Assembly (NCBI GenBank): GCA_951406725.2
Contig: OX597835.1
Coordinates: forward strand, 26,970,001 to 27,034,000
DNA length: 64,000 bases
Source: Octopus vulgaris
Taxonomy: Eukaryota
Direction of reading: 5' to 3'
A program made the translations under genes and the position numbers. Below are positions 1-15,309 of the stretch, piece after piece (positions within the stretch are counted from its first letter, which is position 1; each line of letters begins with the position of its first letter). The notes under the pieces are model-generated. The model made no database searches. It saw nothing but the letters and a program-made list of their open reading frames with translations, and was not told the origin of the DNA.

Positions 1-134
1 GTACATACATACATACATACATAGATATATATATATATATATATATTATATATGAATATATATATATATATATATATTCATATATACATATATTCATATA
101 TACATATATTATATATACATATATATATACATGC

Positions 135-186
<52 letters not shown>

Positions 187-361
187 GCATATTCACCTAT
201 ATACACTTACACACATACATATTCAATATATACTAAATAAATCATATACATGTATTTTATACATGTGTGTGTATATATATATTACGTAATATATGTATAG
301 AATATATATATATTATATAGAATACACATATAAATCTATAAATGAGCGTGTGTATATGTAC

Positions 362-679
362 CCAGTGTGGTACTCCGTCGGTTGCGACGGTGAGGGTTCC
401 AGTAGATCCGATCAGCGGAACGGTCTGCTCGTAAAATTAACGTGTAAGGTAGTTCTCGGGGGAGATTCAGCGTGACACAGAGTGTGACAAGGATGGCCCT
501 TTGAAATACAGGTACAACAGAAAGTGTACAGCAGGGTTTGCCACCACTCCCCTGCCGGGGTCTCGTGGAGCTTTAGGTGTTTTCGCTCAATAAACACTCA
601 CAACGTCCGGTTTGGAAATTGAAACCACGATTCTACGACTGCGAGTCCGCTGCCCTAACCACTGAGCCATTGCGCCTCC
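362..679 (-). mobile_element. tRNA-derived SINE, family C
   Basis: Reverse strand starts GGAGGCGCAATGGCTCAGTGGTTAGGGCAG (A box) ... GGTTTCAATTTCC (B-box-like); homologous to 39497-39868 and 22187-22350. Confidence 0.85.
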
Positions 680-684
680 GTATA

Positions 685-792
<108 letters not shown>

Positions 793-807
793 TATACATA
801 TATATAC

Positions 808-862
<55 letters not shown>

Positions 863-1247
863 CACACACACATAAGCTCATAAGCTTGTTTGTGTGCATG
901 TATGAAAGGATTTATGTGTATGTATATGCAGGCATTGTCACATGTATATGTATACATATGCATGTTAAGTACTAAATGTGTCTATATGACTATACGTATA
1001 CATGTGTGCGTGCGCATGTATACACGCACGCCTACACACACATCGGAACAGCGTAACTGTCGATGCAAGTCCGATGAAGTACCACTCCAGTGTTTAAAAC
1101 CTCGTATATCACGAAACAGTTCGCGTTAAAATTCTTCGTGCAATGGCGTTAAAAACACAAAACGGTACAGACACAATTATAACTGGTCATTAAAGTCCTG
1201 CTAAGGTCTTTGACTTTTCTTATATACACTATGTATATACATATACA

Positions 1248-1291
<44 letters not shown>

Positions 1292-1330
1292 CACGCAAAC
1301 ACACCCGTACACACATACATATACATACAT

Positions 1331-1405
<75 letters not shown>

Positions 1406-1489
1406 CATTACGGATATATGGTAAGGAATTATTTCAAAATTTTCGGCATGAGCTGAAGCAACTTTATGCTAAACCCTTCATTATGCATG

Positions 1490-1520
<31 letters not shown>

Positions 1521-1583
1521 GTATATATTTATATTTATATTTATTTATACAGGTATACACTCATAGATATACACATATATATA

Positions 1584-1638
<55 letters not shown>

Positions 1639-1690
1639 GCTTACAGACGCATGCATATATACATATATAAATATATGTATACATATATTA

Positions 1691-1852
1691 GGCGCAGGAG
1701 TGGCTGTTTGGTAAGAAGCTTGCTTCCCAAGCACATGGTTCTGAGTTCAGTCCCATTGCGTAGCACCTTGGACAAGTGTCTTCTACTATAGCCTCCGGCA
1801 GACCGAACCATTGTGAGTGGATTTGGTAGATGGAAACTGGAAGAAGCCCGTC

Positions 1853-1853
<1 letters not shown>
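1691..1853 (+). mobile_element. tRNA-derived SINE, family A (CORE-like), 5' half
   Basis: GGCGCAGGAGTGGCTG..TGG A box, GAGTTCAGTCCC B box, ACCTTGGACAAGTGTCTT CORE-like motif; many homologous copies in window. Confidence 0.88.
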
Positions 1854-1901
<48 letters not shown>

Positions 1902-2068
1902 CATACACAGCAGTTGAAAAATATCGGTATATGTATGAATATACCTTAAACAATTATACAAAAATATGTGTGCATGTGTGTATGTATGTGTGCTTGTGTG
2001 GGTATATTCATGCACTTGCGCTCATGTTTTTATGAGTATGTGTGTATATATATGAATGTATATATGTG

Positions 2069-2115
<47 letters not shown>

Positions 2116-2182
2116 GCATATATTAGTGTGTGTATTTTTATCTGTATGTATGTGTATGTATACTTATATATGCATATGTGCA

Positions 2183-2402
2183 TCTCTCTCTATATAAACG
2201 GCAAAATGTCTGTGTGTGTGTGTGTATCCTTTATACAAATCCACAATTTGTTAGAGGACTCGCACATTCTATGGTCATTTAAAATCGTCCAAGGGTGGTC
2301 GTGCAAATCTTAACATTTCACCAGTCACTTTGCAAAGCCATTAAAAAATCAATAGAAGTGACTTTTTTGTGAATATTCTATCCAAAACCCAATCAAAATG
2401 CC
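2183..2402 (+). mobile_element. Possible non-autonomous Helitron-like 5' end
   Basis: TCTCTATATAAACGGCAAAATGTCTGTGTG.. resembles the TCTATATATAAA..AATGTCTGT 5' end of Helitron/HINE elements; no 3' CTAG/hairpin seen. Confidence 0.3.
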
Positions 2403-2404
2403 AA

Positions 2405-2665
2405 TGAAAACATAAGTGACCAAGATGTGAGGAATGAAAAGCAGCACAGCACCAGTGGTTTTTGGAGAGTTAGGGCTAATTAAAAAGGGCCTTGATAAAA
2501 GGACTCAGCAAACTCCTTTACTGTGTTAACGTGGAGGACTTCAGAAAATAGCGTTGCTAGCTTCCGCACACATTTTACGCCGTGTACTCTCTATGAGATG
2601 AAGACCTGCTGTGACCCTAGGGTCAAGGGATGACCCCGGTTTAGCAGAAGACAACGGACCATATT
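2405..2665 (+). mobile_element. R4/Dong-like RLE retrotransposon 3' fragment (decayed)
   Basis: Translates to ..TAPVVFGELGLIKKGL..LQKIALLASAHILRRVLSMR*, the C-terminus seen in the other RLE fragments; followed by (AAT)n. Confidence 0.75.
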
Positions 2666-2695
2666 TTATTTTTTTAAAATAATAATAATAATGGC

Positions 2696-3103
2696 TTCAA
2701 ATTTTGCCACAAGGGCAGCAATTTGGGGAAGGGGTGAGTCGATTATATCGACTTCAGTGTCCAACTGGTACTAACTTTATCGATACCGAAAGGATGAATA
2801 GCAAAGTCGACATCGGCGGAATTTGAACACAGAACGTAGCGGCAGACGAAATACCTATTTCTTTACTACCCACAAGGGGCTAAACACAGAGAGAACTAAC
2901 AAGGACAGACAAACGGATTAAGTCGATTATATCGACACCAGTGAGTAACTGGTACTTATTTAATCGACCTGGAAAGGATGAAAGGCAAAGTCGATCTCGA
3001 CGGAATTTGAACTCAGAACGTAGTTCTCAGTATATCTAAGCGGTAGACGAAATACCGCTAAGCATTTCGTTCAGCGCGCTAACTATTTTGCCATCTCGCC
3101 GCG
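2696..3103 (-). mobile_element. Two tandem SINE family B copies with different 3' tails
   Basis: Both contain the reverse complement of the GTTCAAATTCCGCCGA..GTCGACTTTGC..TTCATCCTTTC body; homologous to 13010-13239. Confidence 0.85.
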
Positions 3104-3115
3104 TTAATAATAATG

Positions 3116-3209
<94 letters not shown>

Positions 3210-3769
3210 TAATAATAACGATAATAGAATTTCTTTACTAATAAAGGATGATATATTTGGCGATAGCAAGATTCCTGAAATCGATAACCATTCAATAAAC
3301 ATACCAGACAAATATTCCAAACCAAATCCCGATGGGATGAGGGGAAGGGGTGGGAGTGACTGAAAATGGGCGAAGAATTCGCAACAGTCTTTGCTTCTCT
3401 CCTTTTGTATTATACATTTATTGTTATCATCATTAGTAATAGTTTGGTGTTGTTGTTATTGTTGTTGTTGTTGCTTTTTTTGTTGTTGATGAAATAGGCA
3501 TGAAACGAAGATCTAGATAAAACACACTTTACTAATCGATTTATAAAAAGTTAATAGGTTTCCATCGATTGCAATCACGATAATGAGGATGATAAGAATG
3601 ATGATGACGAGGATGACGATGACGATGGTGATGATAACGATGATGATGATGATGACATTAAGGATGGTGATAATGATAACGAGGAATACAACGACGACGA
3701 TTACAATAACACGACCACCACCACCAACAACAACAACAGCAACAACAATAATAGTAACAGTCGTTTTTC

Positions 3770-4004
3770 AGTTTTGACAAAAGGCCAACAATTTGGAGAG
3801 AAGAAAGTCAGACGATACCATCTACGCCAGTATATTACTGGTACTGTATTTCTTCAATCCTGGAGGAATGTAAGACGAAGGTAACATCTACCATAGGCAC
3901 AAGGCCTGAAATTTTGTAGGAGAAGCAGGTCGAATTACACCAACTCCGATGCTTGACTGGTATTTAATTTATTGACCCCGAAAGGATTAAAGGCAAACTC
4001 GACC

Positions 4005-4005
<1 letters not shown>
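3770..4005 (-). mobile_element. Degenerate SINE family B fragments (two)
   Basis: ACTGGTATTTAATTTATTGACCCCGAAAGGATTAAAGGCAAACTCGACC matches family B body. Confidence 0.7.
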
Positions 4006-4059
<54 letters not shown>

Positions 4060-4060
<1 letters not shown>

Positions 4061-4511
4061 CCCTGATGCAGTACCAGGTACTGGCTCTCGTGGTTTCTGA
4101 TCTTAACTGATTGGAAGTGTCATCATGTACATTGTTTTGTCTTGGTATAAAAGATGGGCTACAGCAAATATTCTGCTCAATACCACAGATCTGCTTGTCA
4201 GTTGTTTGACCTTAACCAGTTGAGCATGTCCTTTAGTGGCTGACGATATCTGCATCTCTGATCATGAGCAGAAGTAGTGGGGGAGCATCGTAGCCATGTG
4301 TTGAGAGGGATTCTTTGGGTTTGAATAATTCACTTCTGGAAACATGGGTGTTTCGTCCAACATCCTTAAACAATCCTTATTCAGAGACCTTTTGTGCGAG
4401 ATGGGTTACTTGTACAAAAGAAAATTCTAACTGGGCCCACTTGCAAGGTCATGCGCTGTTTATCTTGATATGAGATCACCATGTCGCGCACATATGGTTG
4501 TGATGCATGTG
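4060..4511 (+). mobile_element. (AAT)n-associated ~560-bp non-coding element, 3'-truncated copy
   Basis: Colinear with 22917-23473; same 5' start GCCCTGATGCAGTACCAGG directly after (AAT)n. Confidence 0.85.
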
Positions 4512-5427
4512 ATGCTTCTGCGGTCGATAAAATAAGTACCAATTGATGTCATCAAATTATCACCCCCACTACTACACCGAAATTGCTGGATTTGTGCCCA
4601 AAATTTTGAAACTAATATTAGACTGTTGTAGGTGGTTGTGCATTGACTGAAAACTAAAACAAAAAATATATGAACACATGAATGAGCTGAAAAGATAAAA
4701 AAATATTAAAAAAAATATAAAGACTTTGGAAATGTAGTTTGATATGATAGAAGCGTGAATTATTTTGGCGCGTTGATAATGAAATAAAAAGCCATGGTGC
4801 TTGTGAGAATCTTCTTTGTGGGTTTTTAACAAAATTAAAAGGATTTATATTGTACATAAGGTAAAATCGATAAATATTTATTGATTGAAATAATAAATAT
4901 TTTATGTACTGCACAGCGTAAATTAGAAAGCTTAAGATAAGTTCAATAGAGGTAAACCAATAGTTTAAAAGCCTTGCTGTGAGATGTAAACAAATGTAAG
5001 TGTATCTTATAAATTTCAGAAACAGAAGAATCTAGAAAATAACCTTTTGATGATCTATAACTAGCTGGCTATTCATCTGAGATATCGCCGCTTATTATTA
5101 TCGTTCTGCCTATGAAGGCAACTTAACAGTAATCGCTATTTATATCAAGCATAAGGCAGAACTTAAGAGAATTTCCCAATTTTATTTGCATAACGTGTAT
5201 TCGTTGAGAAAGTGTATAAGCAATTATCAGTTTTAAACACAATACAGTATATATTAATATAATTTAAACGTCTTGCAACCATAATATACTACCAAGTGCA
5301 TTAAAGGTTTATAAGTCAATATTGTATCATACTTTTTGTGTTAGTAGTGCGTTATTTTTATTTTAAAGTTTATCTCGACATATTTTTATAGAATTTAGAG
5401 CCAACACCGAAAGTTCGGACGTTTTGT

Positions 5428-5626
5428 ATATGTGCGTGACATGCTGATCTCATCAAGATTCGCAGCGCAGGTGGGGGTCCGGTTAGGATTTTCTTCTGGT
5501 CAAGTAGCCCCTCCCACTCAAATGGTCTTCGAATAAGGGTTGTTTAAGGATGTTGAATGAAACACTTATGTTTCCAGAGGTGAATTATTCAAACCGAAAA
5601 AAATTCCTCTTAACACATGGCTATGA
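5428..5626 (-). mobile_element. Internal fragment of the ~560-bp element
   Basis: GAATAAGGGTTGTTTAAGGATGTTGAA..GTTTCCAGAGGTGAATTATTCAAACC matches 18285-18352. Confidence 0.75.
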
Positions 5627-5995
5627 AGTGGATGTGTGGCAGTTAACCAGACTCTAGACAAGACTGACGATGTTATATACAGTAACAGTGATTCTAGGGC
5701 AAAGAGAAAGGAATTAGTGTTAAAGATGAAACTACCCCAAGTCGTTAAATGTAAGTTGGTGGTGATGATACAATCATCACTCAAGAGGCTGTACAACTCA
5801 AGATTAGGTCCATTGAACAGGGCAAAATCCATGCCTCAGTATGACCTTCCAAGAGATTTGCATTGTCCGGAACCAATTTAGGACCCATAGCATTTCAACA
5901 TGTTGTAACACATAAATCAAGCTTCTGATTTTAAGAGAGGAGCATTATCTGTGTCATCCTTCCATATTATTATCCATTCAGCCTATTGCATTATA

Positions 5996-6038
5996 CAGGG
6001 CGGGCCAAGAGTCACGTACCATAACTTTTACCATTTTA

Positions 6039-6105
<67 letters not shown>

Positions 6106-6252
6106 GCATTCATTTTGTCCATCCTATACAAGTACGTGTGTATTCATCATTATTTTATTTATTTTATTCAATTTTAGAAAAGTCTGAAGGATGCTTTTGA
6201 CACTTCCGAAGCGTATTGAACTTATTTTGAGCGTGACTTTTAGCCCACCCTG
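5996..6252. mobile_element. Tc1/mariner-type MITE
   Basis: TIRs CAGGGCGGGCCAAGAGTCACG / CGTGACTTTTAGCCCACCCTG, TA on both flanks, internal (ATT)n. Confidence 0.8.
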
Positions 6253-6474
6253 TACATACATGGCATTACGGTTACCACACGACACCCTTGGAATAAAGTA
6301 AGATATAATCATAGTAGCCGAAATACGCATTACAATATGTGTGTATTTTGTTTACAAGAGAAAATAGTTCTTAAACCTTGTGCACAGTTTATAGTTTACA
6401 TGTCCCAGTGCAATACTCTGAGTAATACGGGAGTGAATCATTGGTTGTCTGATTGAAATGAAAAATACATTCTT

Positions 6475-7087
<613 letters not shown>

Positions 7088-7398
7088 GCTATATACAAAC
7101 GTATACAGACATATAAACATATACATATATGTATATGCATGAGAGGTTACGACACTGAATTTTAATTACATTTGCAATAAAGTTATAAATATATACATGT
7201 GTGTGTATAGAATAAAAAAGGAGTTACAGGGGAGATATAAAAAGAATACACTAAAAAATATAGATAAAAATGCATATGTGCGTTTGTGTGTGTGTGATGC
7301 ATATGTATGTTTGTGTGCGTGTGTATATGTGTATTCATAAATATATATATTATAATACCCGTACAAACATATCTATCTGTATATCTATCCATTCATCT

Positions 7399-7451
<53 letters not shown>

Positions 7452-7472
7452 AGCACGTATACATTCTTTCTC

Positions 7473-7517
<45 letters not shown>

Positions 7518-7644
7518 AACACACACAAACACACGCAGATGTATGTATGAATGTGTGTGTATATATATATACATATATATATATGTTTATATGTAAATGA
7601 TATACATATATCTATGTTTATCATATACATATGGGTATTCATTC

Positions 7645-7712
<68 letters not shown>

Positions 7713-8344
7713 ATGTGTGTGTATATATATATATATGTGTGTGTATCTATGCATATATATATGTGTGTGTGTGTATACATGCATAATTAAATATAAAATT
7801 CAATTAGATAAACAGGCACTGTAAAATAAAACATTTTATTCCACAACTGTTGTTTATACACAGACCCACACGCACATATACACACACACACGTCCCGGGG
7901 GTGGGGTGATGGAGAAAGGCGTCATTAGTTTTGTTTTGTTTTGTTTCAGTTTCCGTTCGTTAAATCTGAAGCGACGTCGCCGAAATTCTAACTTCATCCA
8001 CTGTAGGAATGTGTCGCCGTCGACACAATATCACGGATCGCCATGACACCACTCCCACCATCTCCTTCCTAGTTTGTGTCATTCGTTGCCAAATGTTTGT
8101 CTTTCACTGTCAGACGAAGGGCAATGACCCTAAAATTCAAAATTCAAACAGGCACACGAAGAACAAGGGCCCTAGAAAGTGCAAAGGCATTTCAATTGTG
8201 ACATACTCGTATTTTTTAATTTTTTCGTTTTAGTATATTTCCGAATAGATGGTTCAACGCGTTTCTGAGCTTTGCATCTTATATTCTTTAATTGTTTTTT
8301 TTTTTCGTTTTTCTTTTATTATATTGCCTTTTTTTTTTGCAATC

Positions 8345-8803
<459 letters not shown>

Positions 8804-8828
8804 TATCTTTAATAATCAGTATAACTAA

Positions 8829-9045
8829 GGCGGCAAATCAGCAGAAGCGTTAAGGACACCGGACAAAATGCCTGAAGACGTTTCGTCCGCTTTTACGTTG
8901 AGTTCAAATTCTGCCGTGGTTAACTTCTCTTTCGTGGGGCGGGGGCGATAAAAATAAGAACCGGTTAAAAAAACCGGATTCGATATAATCGACTTACACC
9001 CTACCCCACCACCGAAATTGCTGGCCTTGTGTCAAAAATTGAAAG
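8829..9045 (+). mobile_element. SINE family B, degenerate
   Basis: GGCGGCAAATCAGCAGAAGCGTTA head, GAGTTCAAATTCTGCC B box, tail GAAATTGCTGGCCTTGTGTC. Confidence 0.75.
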
Positions 9046-9109
9046 TGATACTTTGTTTATCTAAGGAGTAGTTTATAAAATTCAAATCCTTCATTACACA
9101 TCTGTGTAT

Positions 9110-9976
9110 TTCCGGTCTTTTCTCGTTCTCTTTTCGTTCTTTTTTCTGTTTTTTCTTTTCTGAATTTTTCGGTTCATTCCTCCTTTTTCCTCTTTCTATA
9201 ATTTCATTTTTTCCTTCTTTTTATCTTTCATTTCTATCTTTCTCTCTCCATTTTTCTTCCTTTTTATCCTTCCATCTTTCGCTTCCATCGTTCTCTTCAT
9301 TCTTTATACTTCATTTATACTTCTCTCATTCTTTTATTCCCTCCTTTATCTTTTCTTTGATTCCTCTCCTTCATTCCAGAATTCCTCCTACTCCTAACTC
9401 TTTCTTTTTTTCCTTCTCCTTCCCGTCTTCTCTTTCAACGTTTTCTTCACTTCCTGTCTCCCCTCCACCTTTTCTTCTTTTTCCCACACACCTTCCACCT
9501 CTATTTCTCAATTTTTTCCTTCCTTTATTCTTTTCTCATTCCTTCCTGGCTTCCTTCCTTCATCCTTCCCTCTTCTTACTTTCGTTTTCCTTCCTTCCTT
9601 CCTTCCTTCCTTCCTTCCTTCCTTCCCACCTCACTTCCTCACTTTACTTTCCTTCTTCCCTTCTAATTCATTCTTCCCATCTCTCCTTCATTCTTCCTTC
9701 CTTCCATTCGCTATATTCCTTACTTCCATCATTTCTATTTCACTCGTTTAACTCTTTTCTTCTCTTTTTCTTCTTTCACCTCCTTCCACCCTTCCTTCTT
9801 CTTTCTTTTCCAACATCTTTCTTCCATTTTCTCTCTCTCACTTCTTCTCTCACTCCTTCTCTCCCCCTCTCTCCCCCCCCTCTCTCTCTCTCTCTTTGTC
9901 TTCGCAGTAAATTAATATCGCTTTATTTTCTGCTTCAACAATTTCCAAATTCCTCATCTTCCCCTCTTTCTTTCTT

Positions 9977-10016
<40 letters not shown>

Positions 10017-10050
10017 TTCTCTTTCACCCTTTCCTTCTCTTTCCTATCTA
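9110..10050 (+). repeat. Long polypyrimidine low-complexity tract
   Basis: ~940 bp almost entirely C/T on + strand. Confidence 0.9.
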
Positions 10051-10216
10051 TCTACATATATATATCTGTCTGTCTGGCTGACTGTCTGTCTGTCTATATT
10101 TATATATCCATGTATGTGTGATGCATATACATATGTATATATGTGTATTCAGACATACGTATACATACATACACATACATACATACATACATACATACAT
10201 ACATACATACATACAT

Positions 10217-10261
<45 letters not shown>

Positions 10262-10413
10262 AATATATATATGTATATATATAAATATGTGTGTATATGT
10301 ATATATATTAAACCTACATACACGCAAGCACATATACCTTAAATGTATGCATATACGTGTGTGTGTGTTTGTGCCTGTGTCTGCGTGTCTGTATGTATAT
10401 ATATATATATATG

Positions 10414-10498
<85 letters not shown>

Positions 10499-10981
10499 AC
10501 ATATATGTATACATGTATGTATGTATGTATATATGTATATATGTATGTATGTATGTATGTATAGTCTGCTATTTGAACACTAAAAATATTTATACATTTG
10601 GTAAAGCCATCCCAGCACTCCAACCATTCTACAAATTCTTTTACCAGTTACACTTTCTTTCTCTTCTAATTTATTCTTTCGTAACAACAGCCAAAGAAAA
10701 AAAACTGACACTCATTTGAAGTTATGCCTTACATAATATTGATAATAACATTACGATTAAAATCATTATTGTTATTATCATTATTATTATTATTATTATC
10801 ATTATTATTATTATTCTGGTTGTTGTTGTTGTTGTTGTTGTTGTTATACTATTAATAATAAATATATAAGCATGAAAATTGAGTTCACTTACAGAAAAGG
10901 AAATACAGAATTTCATTATATCTCGACTATGTGAGTGGGCGAGTATGTGCATGTATGTGCGTATGTATGTATGTATTATGC

Positions 10982-11026
<45 letters not shown>

Positions 11027-11148
11027 TCTATCATTCTATTAATGCATATATATACGTATGCATAAGCATTTTTATGTATATATATATACATGCATATATA
11101 TATGCATATATTTTTCTATTTATCACTCTCTCTCTATCTATATCTATA

Positions 11149-11183
<35 letters not shown>

Positions 11184-11322
11184 GTATGTTTGCATGTATG
11201 TATGTATATATAAATATATATGTATATATATGTATATATAAATATATATGTATATATATGTATTTACATATATATATATGTATATATATGTATACATATA
11301 CATATATATATGTATATATATG

Positions 11323-11373
<51 letters not shown>

Positions 11374-11547
11374 GTATATACATGTATATATATATGCATA
11401 TGTGCATAATTAAATATATCTATGTATATACATTTATATTTTATATACATATATTATATATGTGTGTGTGTACACATACATATTTATTTATATGAATGTA
11501 TGCATGCATATATACATATGTGCATGTGTGTGTATATGTTATGCATA

Positions 11548-11604
<57 letters not shown>

Positions 11605-12910
11605 CGAAAAAATCTAAAACAAGAAAAAGAAAAGCGGTAAATATTCACGATGAAAATTGAAGAGTCTGTTGTGCTTAGAGAAATGGAAAGAGTTAAATGT
11701 TATGACGTTTTTGGCCTGATTGTTCGGAATAAATGGCTGAGCAGAAAATGGGGAGAAAAGACGAAGAAAACCAGAGAAAAGAAAGAACAAAGAAAAACAA
11801 GGAAGAGCAAATGGCACACATAGTTCATGTAAATTTATACGACAGCATATACACCAGCTCCACCTGGCTGTTCTGCAATGGATTTCATTTCGAAATCTTC
11901 TTCTTTAGTTTTTAAAATTTTCTATTGCTTTTCTCTTTTATGTATTTCATTTATCAGTTTATCTCACGTGTAAATGATTATAGTCACCCCCTTCATGATA
12001 CAGTTTAGTATTTCTACAGTGTTACCAATCTTTAGTATTTCTACTATCTTTAGAATTTCTAGCTATCTTTAATTTTTATACAGTGTCGCCAAGTGTTACG
12101 CTCTTTTTGGTTTTCCTCGTGTTTTCTCCTCCATTCCCACATTACACTCATGTTCAGATGAAGGACCATATCCGAAACGTCATATTAACTCTTTCTTTTA
12201 CTCTAAGCACCGAACTAATAGCTATGATCCTGAACTTATCAGTCCTGTTTTCCAATGCCTTACAGACTCTATCTCTCTCTCCTCCTCCTCCTCTTCTTTC
12301 TCTCCTCTTACTCTCTCTCCTCTTCCTCTCTCTCCTATTCCTCTCTCTCCTCCTGCTCTCTCTCTTTCCTCCTTCTCCTCTCTCTCTTCTTCTCCTCTCT
12401 CTCTCCTCCTCCTCCTCTCTCTCTCCCCTCCTCCTCTCTCTCCCCTCCTCTTTCTCTCCTCCTCTCTCTCTCCTCCTCCCCTCTCCCCCTCTCTCTTCTC
12501 CTTCTCTCTCCCTGCTCTCTCTCTCTATTTTCCTTCCTTTCTCTCGTTAGATTATGGCCATGCTGGGGCACGGCCTTGAAAAAAATTTTAGCTGAAGAAA
12601 TGGACCCCAATACCTATTTGCTTTTTAAAGTCTCATGCTTATTGTATTGGTCTCTTTTGCCCAAATCTTTAATTTACGGGAACGTAAACATGCCAACACC
12701 GGTTGCCAAGCTGTGGCGGGGGAAAGCAGACATAAATACACACACACACACACACACATATACGCATACACATGCATATATATATATGTGTATATATATA
12801 CATGTATATATATATACATATATATATGTATAAATATATATATATGCCTATATATATATGCATATGTATAAATATATATATGTATGTATTATGTATGTAT
12901 ATATGTATAT

Positions 12911-12993
12911 AACCGAAATTGCGAAGATGATCCGGTTCTTGACTGAAGATTGAAGGCTTCGAATGTCCCGTCCGTGTTTTTTGTATCGTCTTC
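12911..12993 (+). repeat. Unclassified short interspersed repeat (copies at 52108-52230 and 59590-59745)
   Basis: CCGAAATTGCGAAGATGATCCGGTTCTTGACTGAAGATT..GGCTTCGAATG.CCCGTCCGTG recurs three times. Confidence 0.8.
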
Positions 12994-13009
12994 TATATTA
13001 GAAGATTAG

Positions 13010-13239
13010 GGCGGCGAGCTGGCAGAAACGTTAGCACGTTGGGCGAAATGGTAGCTGTATTTCGTCTGCCGTTACGTTCTGAGTTCAAATTCCGCCGAGG
13101 TCGACTTTGCCTTTCATCCTTTTGGGGTCGATAAATTAAGTACCAGTTACGCACAGGGGTCGATGTAATCGACTTAATCCCTTTGTCTGTCCTTGTTCGT
13201 CCCCTCTGTGTTTTGCTCCTTGTGGGTAGTAAAGAAATA
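13010..13239 (+). mobile_element. SINE family B, full length with 13-bp TSD
   Basis: GGCGGCGAGCTGGCAGAAACGTTAG A-box region, GAGTTCAAATTCC B box; TATATTAGAAGAT at 12994-13006 and 13240-13252. Confidence 0.9.
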
Positions 13240-13347
13240 TATATTAGAAGATACCTGCCCAAGGTGCCGCACAGTAGAACTGAATCCAGAGCCATGTTGT
13301 CCGGAGGCAAGCTTCTTACAAACCCCCCACCACCACTACCACTCCAA

Positions 13348-13380
<33 letters not shown>

Positions 13381-13759
13381 TGTATGTATGTATGTACGTA
13401 TTTATGTATGTATGTACAGGGGTATAGAAGTCTGTGCCGATTACTATTTTTGTTTTATTGTGTTATATAAATCAAGTTGAAAGAGATCGCCATTTTCTAT
13501 CTAGCTATGTTGGTGCTTAGTTTATTGCGATGCAACACTGCCATGGATAAGCAAGCCGCCATTGGTTCATTGGCTTCTGGTGATTAATGGTAACCGGCAT
13601 ATCCATGGCAGTGTGGTTAGTATAAAGTAAATAGATAGGTGGATAGAAGAATAGGTGTGAATGAATAAACGAATATGTGTGTGCGTGTGCTGGTTTATGT
13701 ATATATGTATGTGTGAGCATATATATTTGTAGAGTTAGGTTGATAGATAGTCAGGTTGT

Positions 13760-13806
<47 letters not shown>

Positions 13807-13838
13807 TCACACAGACAGACAGACAGACAGACAGTCAT

Positions 13839-13986
<148 letters not shown>

Positions 13987-13988
13987 TC

Positions 13989-14043
<55 letters not shown>

Positions 14044-14055
14044 AAGACAGACAGG

Positions 14056-14115
<60 letters not shown>

Positions 14116-14594
14116 CAGACATATAGATAGATAGAAGAATGGATAGAATCGTAGCACGAATGTATATAGCTGAATGTATAATAAATGCATGTGTAATTTC
14201 AAGATGTCAAGTTGCTAAGAAACACCCCCTTTATACACACCACAACTATAACGAGGTGTATAATATGACTCATGTCTCGTTTAGCATTAACCGCCATCGA
14301 AATGTTCGCGTAGCATGTTTCAGGTGGTGGAATACGATTTATTAAAATCTCGGTACCGGCCTTAAAGGTGAGGTGGGGGGGAGCGGTTGAAAATGCAGTG
14401 GGGGATGGTGGTGCTTGTGGTGGTGGTGGTGGTGGTGCTGGTGCTGGTGGTGCTGGTGGTGTGTGAGTTGTTTAAAATATATGTGCGACAAACAGACAGA
14501 CTTGGTGCGTCTTAATTACTTCCTTTATTTTTAATTTCCCCTTTCTTACTTAAATTTATCCCTTTTTGCTGTGTCTCTCCTTCTTTCTTTCTTC

Positions 14595-14648
<54 letters not shown>

Positions 14649-14665
14649 ATCTATCTATCTATCTA

Positions 14666-14702
<37 letters not shown>

Positions 14703-14709
14703 ATAAATA

Positions 14710-14765
<56 letters not shown>

Positions 14766-14831
14766 CTATCTATCTACATACCTATCTATTCAAATATATA
14801 TCCATTTATCTCTCTCTCTCTCTCTCTCTCT

Positions 14832-14878
<47 letters not shown>

Positions 14879-15238
14879 AATCTATCTATCCATCACACTA
14901 CATATCTATCTATCTATCCATCTATTTCTCCATCTATTTGCTTCCTATCCACCCGTCTATGTATTTATCCATGCATTCATCTTGTCCATCCTTCCATCAA
15001 ATATCCGTTTAGATATCCTTCCATACGACCGTTCAGTTAGTAATTCCCCTATTTAACTGTTCATCAAGCCAGCTTTCCATCCACACATCCCGAATTCCAT
15101 CCAATAATTCATTTCTACAACCGTACATACCGACATCTAACCATCCATCCATCCATCCATCCACTGTCCAAATTGCCATCCATTTATCTATCCGCCCATC
15201 CACCCTGCTGTGTGTATGTATGCATGCTTACATGTATG

Positions 15239-15272
<34 letters not shown>

Positions 15273-15278
15273 TGTATG

Positions 15279-15309
<31 letters not shown>

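Larger units (their letters stand above)
12545..13325 (-). mobile_element. SINE family A interrupted by microsatellite, an unclassified repeat and a SINE B
   Basis: 3' half 12545-12740, 5' remnant 13253-13325. Confidence 0.75.

Noticed and set aside
5860-5915. GTNLGPIAF resembling the LINE RT QG..LGP motif
   Set aside because: One short motif only; no YADD or other support
8077-8130. Imperfect hairpin as miRNA precursor
   Set aside because: Pairing too interrupted and no recognised mature miRNA
9357-10121. 254-aa F/L/S/P-rich ORF
   Set aside because: Polypyrimidine tract artefact
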